DNA from: Spirogloea muscicola
Taxonomy: Eukaryota
NCBI GenBank assembly: GCA_009602725.1
Contig: WELB01000027.1
Coordinates: forward strand, 332,755-392,126
DNA length: 59,372 bases
Direction of reading: 5' to 3'
This document shows, in pieces, positions 37,560-50,577 of this stretch. Numbering within the stretch: position 1 is the first letter of the stretch; each line of letters begins with the position of its first letter. The notes under the pieces were generated by a model, which saw only the letters and a program-made list of their open reading frames with translations, did not search any database and had not been told where the DNA came from. The position numbers and the translations under genes were made by a program.

Positions 37560-39325
37560 TTGATTAGCAGAGCGACTACTTATGATGTGTTTGCTCGGTA
37601 CTGAGTTCCCGATTCCATTCTTGGTGACGCTGACACACTGTCTGAGCCCCCTGTAGCATTCTTGATCTTTACTTACTGCCACTTACTGCCACTTATATAT
37701 ATCATCCTTGCAACATTGTAGCTGTTCCGCGAAGCAATAGGTAACGAGGATCGGCTGAGCCCCCGTGTCCAGAAGGACTGCAGCCTGCATCGTTGAATGT
37801 TTTTTGGTAGCCACGGTCACGACAACTTCCGTGTTGTCGATCATAGCTACTGCTGCCAATTGGGCACTCCTCTCCTTCGGAGGTCTGCATGGGATGATAC
37901 AGTTGTTTGATACGCTAAGTGCTGTCTTGGCTATTACAGAGTCAGCCAAAATCTCCACGTGCACGCCACTGGTATCATCTACTGCATTGGGAATCAATCG
38001 GATCATGCTTTTTTCGAAAGGCCAATGTCCTGCAAACTAAGGACTGGAGTCACATGCATCTTCTTCAAGAGTGCAGGGCTGGATAGTGCTAGAGTAGGAA
38101 GTGACAGTGCAGGAACACTAGGTTCTGACACCACACGAGGAGTTACTTCACTGCTGGGGACATAATTCACTCGAAAGTTTGGTGGATACCTTGCCTGAGC
38201 CAGCATTATGCCACAACTCGAATTCACCACGCTTTAGTGAATACGCGTGACTTCCGAATCAGACATCGCTTGCTACTGCAGCAGGATCGTGCTTGACATC
38301 GGACTTATACACTGTCGTCGGCATCTCTGATTCATCAGCATAATCAAACGACAAGGCAGGATTATCCTCGTCCTCCTCAGAGAGATTGCAGCTGAGACCA
38401 TCTTAGTCTTGCCCTGGTTATTTGCTAGAGCAAGGTTTTTGGTAACATCTGCAATCTGCCTCGACATCTGTTCATATCTGAAGTCGTGATTGATCATCAG
38501 TAGATGACATATTTCCCGTAGCTATTCTGCTTCCTAACGCTACAGGCATCTCGTATGTATACATTTTCCAGCACTGCTGTTCTATGTGTCCAGGTCTTGA
38601 ACAATATGTGCTCGTAGCAAGAGTAGTTTGATGCAAAGAGATGTTATCCTTCTTAAGATGACCTTTCTTTCCACACCCATGACACCGTGGGACTGGACGA
38701 AAATGACCAGAAGATCTCTCGTAAAAACGAACATCAGAAGAAGAAGCAGCAGTGGCCCTCTTCATACCTTCTGATTTGTATCATCTTCGGAGGCCTGCTT
38801 GGATCCCTGTGGACTTCCAGTGCCTGCAAAACGCTCATCTGCACAGAGTAAAGTGTAACATCATGTTCCTTATCCATCAAAATCTGATAGAGGTCGTCTA
38901 GCTCATACTATTCCTTGCTTAGCTGATGTCTTCTCATCAGGAGAAGCGTTTAGATCTGGTAGATAGCCTGCCTTGCCATGACTCGCAAGATTTGAACAGC
39001 CAACTCCTTCTTAGTGATAAAAATTTGGGACTGCCCAATCAGTTTGATGAAGCGGAAATAACAGGCTGTGAAGACTAATTTTGCCTTCGACCAAACTCAT
39101 GTAACTCCTGCTTATGTCTCATGCTATTGACAGGAAAGTGTTGGGCTAGTCTTCTAAATATCTCGTCAACTGGATCATCAAGAAGTCTAGGTCCTCTGTC
39201 AATCTCAGCCTCTGTAGCATTAGGGGCTGAGTAGTGGGCAAGACTGTAGCTTGCAATCTTCAGATAAACATCACTCGCTTCATGACTGAGATAGCGACCA
39301 AGTAGGATCACAGCATCTTTTCTGC
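37560..39325 (-). mobile_element. Decayed gag plus protease (copy 3), tail-to-tail with copy 2
   Basis: GRYLSHEASDVY...LLDDPVDEIF; CHGCGKKGHLKKD; CSRPGHIEQQC; VLLDTGAQPIL. Confidence 0.85.
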
Positions 39326-39329
39326 TTAA

Positions 39330-39640
39330 ATAGGCCACTAGCAGGATGTCGGACACCTCTGCCGAGGCCTAAGGCACTGAATTTATGACAAGGAGATTCA
39401 GCTATCAAGAGGTCTACCGTAGGTAGTTTCCTTAAGAACTCTGGCTTTGCGGTTTCCTGATTATCCTGTGGGAGTAGAGTATCATACTGCTCGAATGTAG
39501 CATTGGTGATCAGGTTGGGGTACTTGTCCTTGAGGATGTTAAGATGATGCCCAACTGCTTCTCTGGCCTCCAGGTCTTTGTCAATGTAGATGTGGCGAGC
39601 AACCTTTAGGTGACCCTGCATGGCAGCTCTACATCTGGCA
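39330..39640 (-). pseudogene. C5 cytosine methyltransferase fragment (motifs II-IV), diverged paralogue of 2721-3635
   Basis: HLKVARHIYIDKDLEAREAVGHHLNILKDKYPNL...LPQD...LRKLPTVDLLIAESPCHKFSALG aligns with HIKVARYCYIDIDDEARETAQHHINLLLQQYPTL...LPQD...LRRLPPVNLVVAGFPCQGLS. Confidence 0.8.
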
Positions 39641-40144
39641 CCCCTGGTCCCAAGGCCGCTGTAGCCTGAAATCGTCACATCTCCCACCACCTGCCTTACC
39701 AGTTGCTGCCTAAGCGGTACCCGCCACGAGCCGGCTCATCAAAGGGGTCACAACCCATGATGCGGGCTTGGGCTTCTAGCCCCAGACATCGTTTACTGCT
39801 GTCCGTGATGAGCCTCACAAAGCACTGCAGCGCAGCACGCCACAGTGGGCCTCTTCGCAACATCTATATTGCTTATGGAATTAGCCGAGAACCTCAGCCA
39901 ACCGACTCTTCAGCCAACCAAAATTTATGAGCATATTAGTGCTCAGCAATGTATGGCGGCTGAATGACTTGGTGCTACTGAGACTTGCTCATGCAAGCAG
40001 TCCTAAAGAAAGGGGTATGCAATATACTTTAGAACTCGATCAGAATGAAACCAAAAGGTCCGCTATGCTAATGATGATACTACTCCATTGCTTTTCAAGT
40101 GAACAAACTGAACGACATGAGCTTGTGCTGATATTGGCAAGACG

Positions 40145-40790
40145 TTTGCGGGGGGCGAGGGCTGTGAAAGCCAGCCACAGAGAGATGGCGCGCGGTGCGC
40201 ATAATATTTAAGCGTGGCCAATACAAGCCAATACATTGTTCAGACAAGAAAAACTAGTGCAAAGCGAAGGGGGCCTTGTCGACCCGTCCTACGTCCACTT
40301 CTGGAGCTGCCAGAGAAGTAGCTCTCCTGATGGGGGCAAGGGCTGTGAGAAGCCAGCCCAAATGGCCAGAGGAGTGAGGCAGCTACACTGGCAGGAGGGA
40401 TGGCAGAGAGAATGGAGTGTGAAGGGGAAAGGGAGGGCTGGTCATCTGGTAGTGCCGAGGGGGCCTTGTCGACCTGTCCTGAGTCCACTTCTGGAGCTGC
40501 AAGAGGAGTTGGCCACAGAAGGATGACCAAGGTGAATACGAGTATGAGCTTTGGGCTGAGGATTCCCGATCGGAATCATCAGACCGGCCCAGCATGGGCA
40601 GGCCTTGACGGCCTAGCAGCTGGCGGTATGACGGCCGTCTGAAGGAGGCCCGCCAATTGTCCTCCACCTTCCAGGCTTTCCGAACACACAAGTCACCCAC
40701 GCCCCGGACCCCGCGTCATAAGATGTGCTTTCCTTTGTACTTGGCCATACTGGCCCTTCGATTGTTTCAAATACACGAATTTCTGCTCGT
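40145..40790. mobile_element. Non-LTR 3'UTR fragments with a ~45-bp direct repeat
   Basis: Stem-loop motif on the minus strand at 40159 and 40340; atgcgcaccgcgcgcc motif on the minus strand at about 40188-40203; direct repeat ggccttgtcgacc..gtccacttctggagctgc at about 40266 and 40457; + strand tail motif at 40722-40785. Confidence 0.6.
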
Positions 40791-41721
40791 GCGCGGGGGC
40801 CCCGGCGGCTCGGCGCGCAGGTGCCGGCCGCACCCGCGGGTATCTGGAAGCCGGGCATCCTGGGGCGGGCGGACCAATCACACGCGACTGCCGCCCATGG
40901 GGAAGAATCTTAGCAAGTCGCAGGCTGCGCGCACTGGCGGGGGAAGCTTCCGGCTGCACCAACCGGGCCCACCCCCACCTCGCTGGATTAGCGAACGCTT
41001 TTCCGGACCCCCTCATTTTCTGCGCCATGCCTTGAAGATGCAAGCTCCGGGGCGGCAATTGCACAGCCACCGGCGCCCCCCGACTCGGCGCCGGGGCTTC
41101 TCGTGGCAAAGGGAAGAAAAGCCCGCCCCGAAGCTTCCCTTCCCCTTCCGCCCACCCTCCTCCCCGCCGCGGACGGCCCCCGCTCCGCTCAGCGGTGGCG
41201 TGGGGTGACGGGCCGCCACCGTCACCCCGCCTCCGCCCATCTAATGTCCTTTGGGGCTGGCCTCTCCCACAGCCACTGTGGCTTTGCATAATTGTCTGCC
41301 GTTTCTATTTCCCCTCCCCAACGTCCTGCAGCTTTCCGTCCTGCCGCCGGCGCCGACGTCTCGGGCGCCCATAAGAAGGCCCTCTCCACCTCCGCCCACA
41401 CTCGCCACCCCAACCTCCCGCCTCTGCAGTCCCCATCTCCGCCGTGCCTGCCCCTCGTCTGCTCCCCTGCCAAGCGCAGCTCCCTCTGCCCCCCGCTCGT
41501 CGCTGCAGCGCCTCGCTCTTGCGCCCAGTGTTGACGTGCGATACGTCCTTTGTCGCACCTCGCCCAACCAGAGCGGCTCAAGGCGGCCCAGGCGCGCCAG
41601 AGACGGGCTGGACAGACCGCCGAGGCGGGAGGACCCCATTGTACGCGGCTGCATTGCCAGACCGATCCGCGCATTGGGCTGAGAAGCCGCCTCCGCCCGC
41701 CTCTGCGCTTCCACTGCAGCC

Positions 41722-42072
41722 ATGGCCGTCGGCGGCTTGCCCCCCCGACCCAACCCGGCGCTGCGGTCCCGTGTCGACAACCTGTGGCACGCCCAGCTGC
41801 CGCTCCCAGGCTCGCCCTCTCATGGCGGCTCTGCGCTCGAGAGCGTGTTGCGCAAGATGCGGGAGCAGAAGGAGCGCAAGGTGTCCGACTGGGACATCCG
41901 CATAGTCAAGCGGCCGCAGGGGCCGTCGCTGGAGCAGCAGCAGCCGGCATCGCCACCTGCTGGCGAGAGCAGCTTCAGCTCCTGGCGCACCGCAGATGTT
42001 GGCGAGGACAGCTTCAGCTTCCGACCCGATTCGGGATCGGCCATGGCACTCGCCCTTGCTACCAGCTTGTGA
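41722..42072 (+). CDS. Hypothetical protein (116 aa, no recognised domain)
   Basis: ATG in a gccATGg context within a GC-rich island, with GC3-rich codons. An N at 42088 may hide a join. Confidence 0.4.
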   Translation: MAVGGLPPRPNPALRSRVDNLWHAQLPLPGSPSHGGSALESVLRKMREQKERKVSDWDIRIVKRPQGPSLEQQQPASPPAGESSFSSWRTADVGEDSFSFRPDSGSAMALALATSL

Positions 42073-43183
42073 CGAGCCTTGGCCCCCNCCCCCCTCCCTC
42101 CCGCTATCTCCTTGACGATCCACCGCACCATCACCAATAAATATGTAAATAGCAATAGCAGCTAGCGGCCGCAGCATCACTTCAAAAGTAGAGCTCCACG
42201 TGAGTGTGTAGAGCTTCAGAGCACTTTGCTTTGATCATTTATATAGTCATCACATGCCAAGATGTTTTGGAGTGGCTAAGTGTGTAACGTTCGCTGTCAA
42301 TATTGCTATCACCGAGACGGGCATATTGATTCCTTCCTGATTGTGCACGGGGAGAGAATGCTCTCTGATTTTTTTGGCAAATGTACAAGTAACATCCGGC
42401 CTGTATACCTGCAAGACTTGTCCTTGTCCATGTACTGCCACATTGTACCAGTGCTTGGAGATCACATCACCATCAGAATTATTTCTAATTGACAATCAAA
42501 ATGTACTGAAGTACTGCACTGCCACCTGGTTCTACCCGCACTAGGCTGATAGAATCCACTACCTGTCAAATGCTAGATGTATCTTGGGCACACGCAGAAC
42601 TACGATGCAAATCCTGCTGAGGAAAGAGGAGCACAGATTGACTTATTCTCTATCAAGAGAGCAGGACTGGGCGCGTCCTCGAGTATCAGACTAAGCAAAG
42701 CCAGGGAATGTATTGTGGTTGATATTGGACCAATCAGTAGCTCAGAAGCAGCAAAACTTCTTTGTGATAGAACGACCCCTCACCCAGAATATCCAGTGAT
42801 GCTTGCTCACACAAAAGGTTGTTGGCACTTGATATTTAGTGTCAAGAATCACTGGACTGAGGCTGCATCTATATCACACATCATGATTGTGGTTCTCTGG
42901 CTAGTCTTCTCGCCTCTAACAACACTCTGATATTGTGCACCAACAAATTTGTGAAGTGGTGGCCAGACTCCACACCGCATTACAAGCAACAGAAAAGCAT
43001 GTAGGTAAATTCATGAGTAAAGTCTGCCAGCTTATATGTGTGCAATATGCACCTCCGTTGAAATTGGTAGCTCAACTTCAGGCCTGGGGACCTATGGGAG
43101 GGCGACTTATGCTGCTGAAGTGACACTTTGGCAAGAATCATCGCCACTACCACAATTGCAAGTGGAGGTGCATGCTGCCAATA

Positions 43184-46100
43184 CTACCGTATCTGCACGG
43201 TGATATCAGGAACCTCAACATCCTCATCATTTGCGTCGCTGCAGGAAATGGAGAAGGTGAGGGAGTCGAGGTTGCCTGCAGCTGGCACCTTCCCAACAGT
43301 CTCGACCAATTCCAGCAGGAGCATGCGCATTCGCTCCTGCAGTTTCTTCTTAGACAGGAACTCGGCATACAGCAAGCTCTTTCCATATGACATCATTGTC
43401 ACCTGCCGTCCACAGCAGCAGACATTCACATTTAGTCTGAGAAGCTTTGGTTTAGGGCTAATGCGTAGCTCTTCTTTGTGGTCTATCTTGCAATCCTTGG
43501 GTCCTTATAGCCAAGTAACATACCGCACCACACTGTATAGACACTGTACTACAGTATCTATAAGATAGTAACAGGCACTTGCGATTCAAGTTCAGACCAG
43601 ACAATTGTGACAACTCGAGACTTTGACACAGCACAAAAGAGGATGACCTGGACACGGGCCTCAGCACAAGAAGCTTTAGTGCCGGCAATGGCTGACAAAT
43701 TCTGACCAAGTTCTGACTTCTAATGCACGCACCTTCATAGCATCCTGAGCAGCAACATCATGCAGAGATAGTTTATCAGCAAGCTGACCTCCAGCCCGTG
43801 TTGTTGCTTGAATGTTGTTAAGAACCCCTCCAGGGTGAGGCCGGCTCCCTCCATCTCAAAGCGATCCCACAAGGTCCACTCCAGGGGCTCGCCATGTGCC
43901 CTTGCCACCTGATCCGAATAAGATGGGTGGATAACGGCTTGCAAAAAGCTCAAGTTTCCATCTCTGCTGGGCTCAAGGATGCCAAGAAAGTCATTCAAAT
44001 GATCTGTTTGATAGACCACCGTGAGGGGCTATTGAATTACAAGCATCTAGCATGCAACAAGGAACCTTGCGCAACACAGGAGGACAAAGAAGTGAGCAGT
44101 TTCACCTTGTACTGGACTGCGACAGTGAGCTGGGCAGGCACAAACATGCCGAGTGCAAGACTGAAGAAGGTGTGCCGGCGTGCTGCCAACGGTTTTGCCA
44201 GCACCGACTTGCACAGCTCCAGGCACATGAGCCCACCCGCCACAGCTGCTGTTGTGATGACTGCTGGGATGATTCGCCCAGCTATTACTCTGGCCTGCAA
44301 CAGCAACATGGACTTGTCAACTGATGGACTTGTCAACTGAAGAACAGAAGCCTCTTGACTTTGTTGCTGCTTGGCAGCAGCAGCAGCTCTGACCAGTAGC
44401 TCTGAACTCCTGGCAACGGCTTGGGTGCTGATTTGCACCGCAAGTCTGTCTGGCTGTGGGATGCCGTAGTTGGCGGCGCGCAACCAAGCGGCGGCAGTCA
44501 CAAAGTCATTGTGGAAGTACTGCTCGTCGTCAGGGTCATAGTCTATGGGACTCAGCCTGTAGCCCTTCAAAAGCTCGGACATTTCTCGTCAGCAGCAGAG
44601 CAATATGCTAACTTCATGCAATAAGGAGGGCGAGGACAACTCCAACTCAACTTAGCAGGCTACCAACAGCCATTACATTGTCTACAATTGGTCAGCAAAA
44701 GCAATGAGAAAGTAAAGTACTCTATATATAGCACAAATCTTTCACGATGCACGTGAACTGACAGAGGAAGCGGTACAGCAATGGAGTGATGGAGCTCACA
44801 GCAAGACTGGCAGGCGTGGGCAGCTCCTGGAACAGCAGCCGGCAGGCCTCCTTGGCATCCACGACCTCCTTGCTGTCCAGGCCAGCCTTCTGCTGCAAGC
44901 CCCGATCCTCAGCATCCGTGACGGCTATTCTCACTCCGTCCTGTCGCAGGCATTCGTATGCACATCATCAGGGGAGAAGGAGCGGAGGGTGCCAGCAGCA
45001 TTAAAGCAAAGTACCATCACTTGGCATCATCAGGCTCACTTGAAATTCTGTATCTTTCTCCAACATTGCCTGCCTGAATGCATTGACATAGATTGAGCAG
45101 GCCATACCTAGCGGCAAAAGAGGTGGGCTGACTAACTTTAGGCTCAAACGGGGGCACAACCACAGTGCTCAGGAACTGAGCAAAGATGGTGCGGTCCTTG
45201 CAGCCCCTCAGGCCATAGACAGTGGCCTGCAGGTTGGCGGCGGCAACAACAAAGTCCATGTGGCAGGGGTCTTGCAGGGAGAAGCTCAGCGGCGCCGGGA
45301 AGCGCTTTGTCCCGCTCCAGAATGGCGCCCCCGCTGACGTCGTCATGCCAGGCGGGAAGTTGTGACCAAGCTGCACAACAGGAATTGCAAGAACTCGAGC
45401 CTGATCATAACCATAATGCATGGCAATTGCAGACATTTTGCTAACGATATCATGTCAGAGCTCGACAATTTCATGCTGCTAGTCCTCAAGTCCATGTCGT
45501 AATCATGAGGGCCGGGCAGGTGCTGGGACAGTGAGGTGATGCTTGCCCCAGATCCCGAATACATGCCCATATTCCTACCTGCTTTATTGCATTCGAGAAG
45601 AGGTCCTCAAATAGCAGTCGAGCCCACTCCATGCATGCCTCAAAACTGTGGCATAGGATGTGAAGGAACATACTTTATTCAACAGAGTAGACAGGAACAG
45701 AAAGAAGCTATATCAAGTGCAGTAACTAGACACTCAGAATAAGTAGCTCGACACCTCAGCAACTCCAGAAAAGCATGGAGCGCTAGCGTAATCTGCATAA
45801 CCCTCATGATTCCCAGAGCTCCTCCATGTTGCACATTGGCTTCATTGCAGCTCAAGCGAGCTAACCGAGGCACAACTTGGCAAACAGAGCATGAGCAGCA
45901 AGTGCGCACCCAAGCGGGCGATGTCGCAGGAGCGCGTCACGCAGCGTCTCAAGGAGCGGCACCCTCGACGATGGTGGGCCGCTGCCACCCTCTGGAATCG
46001 TTGGGTCGTGCACCTTGCTGGACAGGTATGCGTTTACGTCCTCCGGCCGCCGCTTGAAGAGCGAGTCGAAGAGGTCGGCAGCCCAGAGGACCGCGTGCTC

Positions 46101-49100
46101 GACTGAGTACGGAAAGTTCTTGAGCGTGCATATCTGCGGCTCCCGATGCTCTGGCGGGTCCTGCGTGGACGCATACATCTCTGATTCCCGCGGCACAAAG
46201 GCCTGCCAGCAAAGGAATCAGTCCTTTCCTGGCAGTCAGTTGTCTGCATTCTTAACCAGATACTGCTGTCAGATTCCTGCAATGCTTTGTGAGCTCTTAA
46301 GTGGCGGGCTGCCTGTCAAGAAGAGTAACAATGTGATGCCAAGGATGTCACAATGTGCCACTGGAGAAACATTTCGACCAATTGAGCAGCAAGGCGCGTG
46401 CGACAACGGGAGTATACCTGACGTTCTCGATCAGAGAGATCTAATAGGAACAGCTAGCCCAGCTAAGTTTTTGAGAGGTATGAGCCACCACAGGAGATTA
46501 GCCCCATGCATGCAAACATCTCCAACCAGCACAATCCAACCAGCACAACGAGGGGACGAGACCTGCACGCTGCCTTTGGTGCCGTGCTTGCCGCCATCGA
46601 TGAGGGGCACACGGTGGAGCACGCACTTGGCGTCGATGTCAAGCCTCGCTCGTGCGGTGTCCACTGCCGACAGGACACCTGCGAGAAGCCTCGCAGAATG
46701 GATAACCTTGACACTGAGCCATCACGGCTGGACTTCTGAGATTTCCTACACCCGCACTCAAGAGCCTGCAAACAAAGCTTCCCACTACTGATGTTGCAAT
46801 CTACATTGCCGACATTCTCGAAGTGCTTGAAATGCATTGTTACAATTTTGATAGCACTGAGGCAGTGTCCAGCTTCCACTTCGTAAGTCAATTCTTACCG
46901 GAAATGCGTGAGAGGTAAGCTGATGGTGCTGTGTCCCCAGTGCCCTCGCCAACGAAACTAGCCGCAATGGCGACTATGTTGGCAGAGGGCCGCAGGCCCC
47001 GCACCGCGGCGGCTGCCGCAGCAGCCTTGTGCTGGCCAAGGTCGGCAGTGCGGAAGAGGCACTGGCTCGGCAGGTTGGAGCGTGCCACACGGTCCGAGTC
47101 GGCGAGGACAATGGCGCCACCCTCGGCACGGGCGCCGACTCCCATGAGGACCATCGTCTTGACCGCCTCACACCCAATGGCGCCCGCCCCAACGACGAGC
47201 CACTGCACAGCCGTAGCAGCAGCCAGCGGCGGCAACAGAGTGCAACCAGTCACTGTAAGTGGTGTGAGATCTGGAGCTAGATCACTGACTTGGCGCAGAG
47301 CTTGAAAGTGGGGTGCAGACCTTGGAGGCTGCTAGCTGCTGCTCGAGGGCGGGATGAGAGTTGGGCCACTGGTCTGGCAGGCTGTCCAGGACGTCTAGAT
47401 GCAGCCACTGCCGAATGGGTGTGTGCCTGCGCGTGCACGCCTGAGCGGCCATGACCAGTGAACGCAAATAGATTAGCACGACGTCAGGTCCACAACCAGT
47501 GCCCTGGCTCAAACGGCAGAACGGGGTGAGGACAAATAGGCAGTTCCAACCACTAGACTGAACACTAGTGACAGAGTCGTTGTTTCTGAGATATTGTATA
47601 AGAAGTCAATGCGGTGGGGTCAACCCACCTTGACGGCCTCCTGTGCGGCGATACCGCCGAGGATGGCGATGAGAGGGGCAAAATCCACATCCATCCCAGC
47701 GGCAACGGCGTGCAGCAGGGCCTCATTTGGCAGCGACGGCTCTTCAGCGCGGTTGTCATGCGACGGCGCTGCGGCGGCGCCGTTGCTGTCCCCATGTGAG
47801 ACCGTGCTGCAATCCCTGCTGGTGCTGCCTGGTGGACGTACGCTTCCATTGCTGGTGGCCGGCTGGGCGCCGTCCCTCGACGGGGCAGCATGCGACACGA
47901 GCTGGAGCAGGTCCTCAGCTGTTGGCGGCGGCAATGCCACCGCACCTCCGTGGCTGCCGCCGTAGAACGCCGCCACCGCCTGGAGGCGCTCACTCGCGTG
48001 AGCCCTTGCATGCCCTGCGGTGCCTTAGATGGACACTTGAAAGATCCCCCGACCAGTGAGAGGGCGCATACCTGAAAGGTGGCATGAAGCTGACATGAGC
48101 GCCCCGGTCGGGCGGGGTCCCAGTGGACGAGCGCTGGCGCACTGAGGGAGTCCGTGTAGGAATCAAAGTGGATCTCAGTGGCAGGCCGGTGGCGGTGGAT
48201 GTACCCGCCAGCGCGGTGCGGCTCCAGCATCCTGTGGTTTATAATCAATGTAGATGAAATAATCAGATGCAAAGTCACCATTAGTGACTAGGATTTACAT
48301 TTCTGTCAATCAACGTAGCGGCAGTATCGTGATGGCGGCACAGACTGCATGCCTACAATTGCGTGGACTGATGCTGCACAAGTGTTGGACAAGTGCATCC
48401 TCGGCTTGTTGGAGGCGTTGCGGCACTCGCCTTGTGTCGTCGGGGATAGTGAAGGAGGAGGGCCCCGTGACAGTTGCCGGCCGTGGCTCGCCCACGTTGA
48501 GTGCTGGCGCAGCGCCGTCCCAGCCGCCACGGCGGCTCACCCGGGGTCAGCGCAGGCTCGTGGTCAAGTCCGTGCTTCACTTTTCTCTCCGTCATGGCAA
48601 CGGCAGGCACCAAGACCGTCGGCATATGCCAAGGTGCGGGCCACGGGGCGATAGCTTTCGCCTCATGAGATGGCTGCTCTGGGTGGACCTGTCATGCCCT
48701 GAAGGCCGGAGAACGTGACGCAATCGCCGGGCTCGAGGCCGTGGCGGTGGTCCTCGGCCACAGTGATGACCGCAGGGGAGTCGCGCGTGATGCTCTCTAC
48801 CATGAGCGTCGCCGGCGGCTCCCCTGCGGAACGAGCAACCCAGGGCAAGCCAGGGCGTGATGTCAATGGCAGGCAGGACATCTGCAAGGTCAGTGTTGGG
48901 TATTGGGTGGCCTTGAGATTGACATCAGAATGGTATAGTGACAATCATTTTGGGTTTGTCTTTCCCTTTTACACGACTTAATTGTATCTTGCCTCTGTCA
49001 TTGAAGTTCATGACTATGCCGGACGGACCGGCTGACATAAGTGGTCAACCTGTTGAGCTCGTGGCGGCGTGTCATTCTCAAAGCCGGCGAGGGGGCGGGG

Positions 49101-49836
49101 CTCACCTGTCGGATCGTCGAACGCGAAGCTGTCGCCGTGGTCCACGAAGACGTGGCCAGTGGCTCCGAGGGCGAGCGCGAGCACCACGCTGGCCCCCGCC
49201 GCGCGGCACCGCGTGGCCAGGCGGGCCGCCTGCGGCACCGCGGCGCCGCCGCTGCCAGCCACCACCACGGCCTGGCAGCTCCGCAGAAGCTCCTCGTCGG
49301 GGGACTCCGCCGCGGAGCTCACCAATACCGACTCGCTAAACTCTGCGACACAGCAGGGAGGCCAAGTGTTATATACCACACCGAAGTATGGAGCTTACTC
49401 AACCCGACTTACTTAACCCTTCAACACAGTAGGGGGCCACGCCTTGTATATATACCACAGCAAGCACGGAGTTTTGAGGGTGTCAGGCTAAGCCGCGTCG
49501 TCAGCAGCCTGTCCGGAGGTCCTTGCGACAGTGCAGGCGAGCAAAGGCTCTCATGCGGCGCCGACATAGCTGATTACAGCGGTGCTCGAGAATTTCTAAT
49601 GCATGGAGAAATTGCAATGGTAGATACGGGAGGAGTAAGACTTGTCTTCTCGTGGAGATTCTGGTGATCACTTCCACCATTGTACTGCTTCTCTATGGTG
49701 TTTCGTCTAGCACGATCCGCGGCGCAGCTCTGCGGTGTGTCCACGCACCGGCGAGGCGCTCGGCGCAGGCCTGGGCGCGGGGGCGGCCGAGGTCGGCGGC
49801 GCGCAGCAGCAGCGCGCCGGCGGCCAGGTCGCGCTC
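43184..49836 (-). CDS. Ubiquitin-activating enzyme E1 (UBA1/UBA6-like, divergent), multi-exon, 5' end in gap
   Basis: FVDHGDSF.FDDPTGE; RHGLEPGDCVTFSGLQGM; GGIAAQEAVK; VVGAGAIGCE; catalytic ICTLKNFP; PFWSGTKRFP; IAGRIIPA; WTLWDRF; UFD domain SYGKSLLY...DEDVEVP. Confidence 0.9.
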
Positions 49837-49903
49837 NNNNNNNNNNNNNNNNNNNNNNNNNNNNNNNNNNNNNNNNNNNNNNNNNNNNNNNNNNNNNNNN
49901 NNG

Positions 49904-49972
<69 letters not shown>

Positions 49973-50577
49973 AAAANNNNNNNNNNNNNNNNNNNNNNNN
50001 NNNNNNNNNNNNNNNNNNNNNNNNNNNNNNNNNNNNNNNNNNNNNNNNNNNNNNNNNNNNNNNNNNNNNNNNNNNNNNNNNNNNNNNNNNNNNNNNNNNN
50101 NNNNNNNNNNNNNNNNNNNNNNNNNNNNNNNNNNNNNNNNNNNNNNNNNNNNNNNNNNNNNNNNNNNNNNNNNNNNNNNNNNNNNNNNNNNNNNNNNNNN
50201 NNNNNNNNNNNNNNNNNNNNNNNNNNNNNNNNNNNNNNNNNNNNNNNNNNNNNNNNNNNNNNNNNNNNNNNNNNNNNNNNNNNNNNNNNNNNNNNNNNNN
50301 NNNNNNNNNNNNNNNNNNNNNNNNNNNNNNNNNNNNNNNNNNNNNNNNNNNNNNNNNNNNNNNNNNNNNNNNNNNNNNNNNNNNNNNNNNNNNNNNNNNN
50401 NNNNNNNNNNNNNNNNNNNNNNNNNNNNNNNNNNNNNNNNNNNNNNNNNNNNNNNNCCGCCGCCGCCGCTGCAAGCGCGGAGCGCCCTCGCCGCCGCCGC
50501 CAGCAGCCGCCGCACCGCCTGGCGGCGTCGGCGACGCTGACATCTGGTGGCCGCCTTTGCCGGCCGGCGGAGCGCGC

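Noticed and set aside
41722..41880. Resemblance of LPPRPN and SALESVL to myosin VIII N-terminal motifs
   Set aside because: The motifs are short and in a different order, and no motor-domain exons follow.
10756..49836. Functional cluster of proteostasis genes (UBX, F-box, E1)
   Set aside because: They are separated by unrelated genes and TE islands and belong to large families, so co-location is likely chance.
49837..50457. Poly-A tract inside an N gap (similar poly-T at 24414-24430) and long ORFs spanning N gaps
   Set aside because: Assembly artefacts. ORFs such as 54430-56787 are long only because N codons contain no stops.
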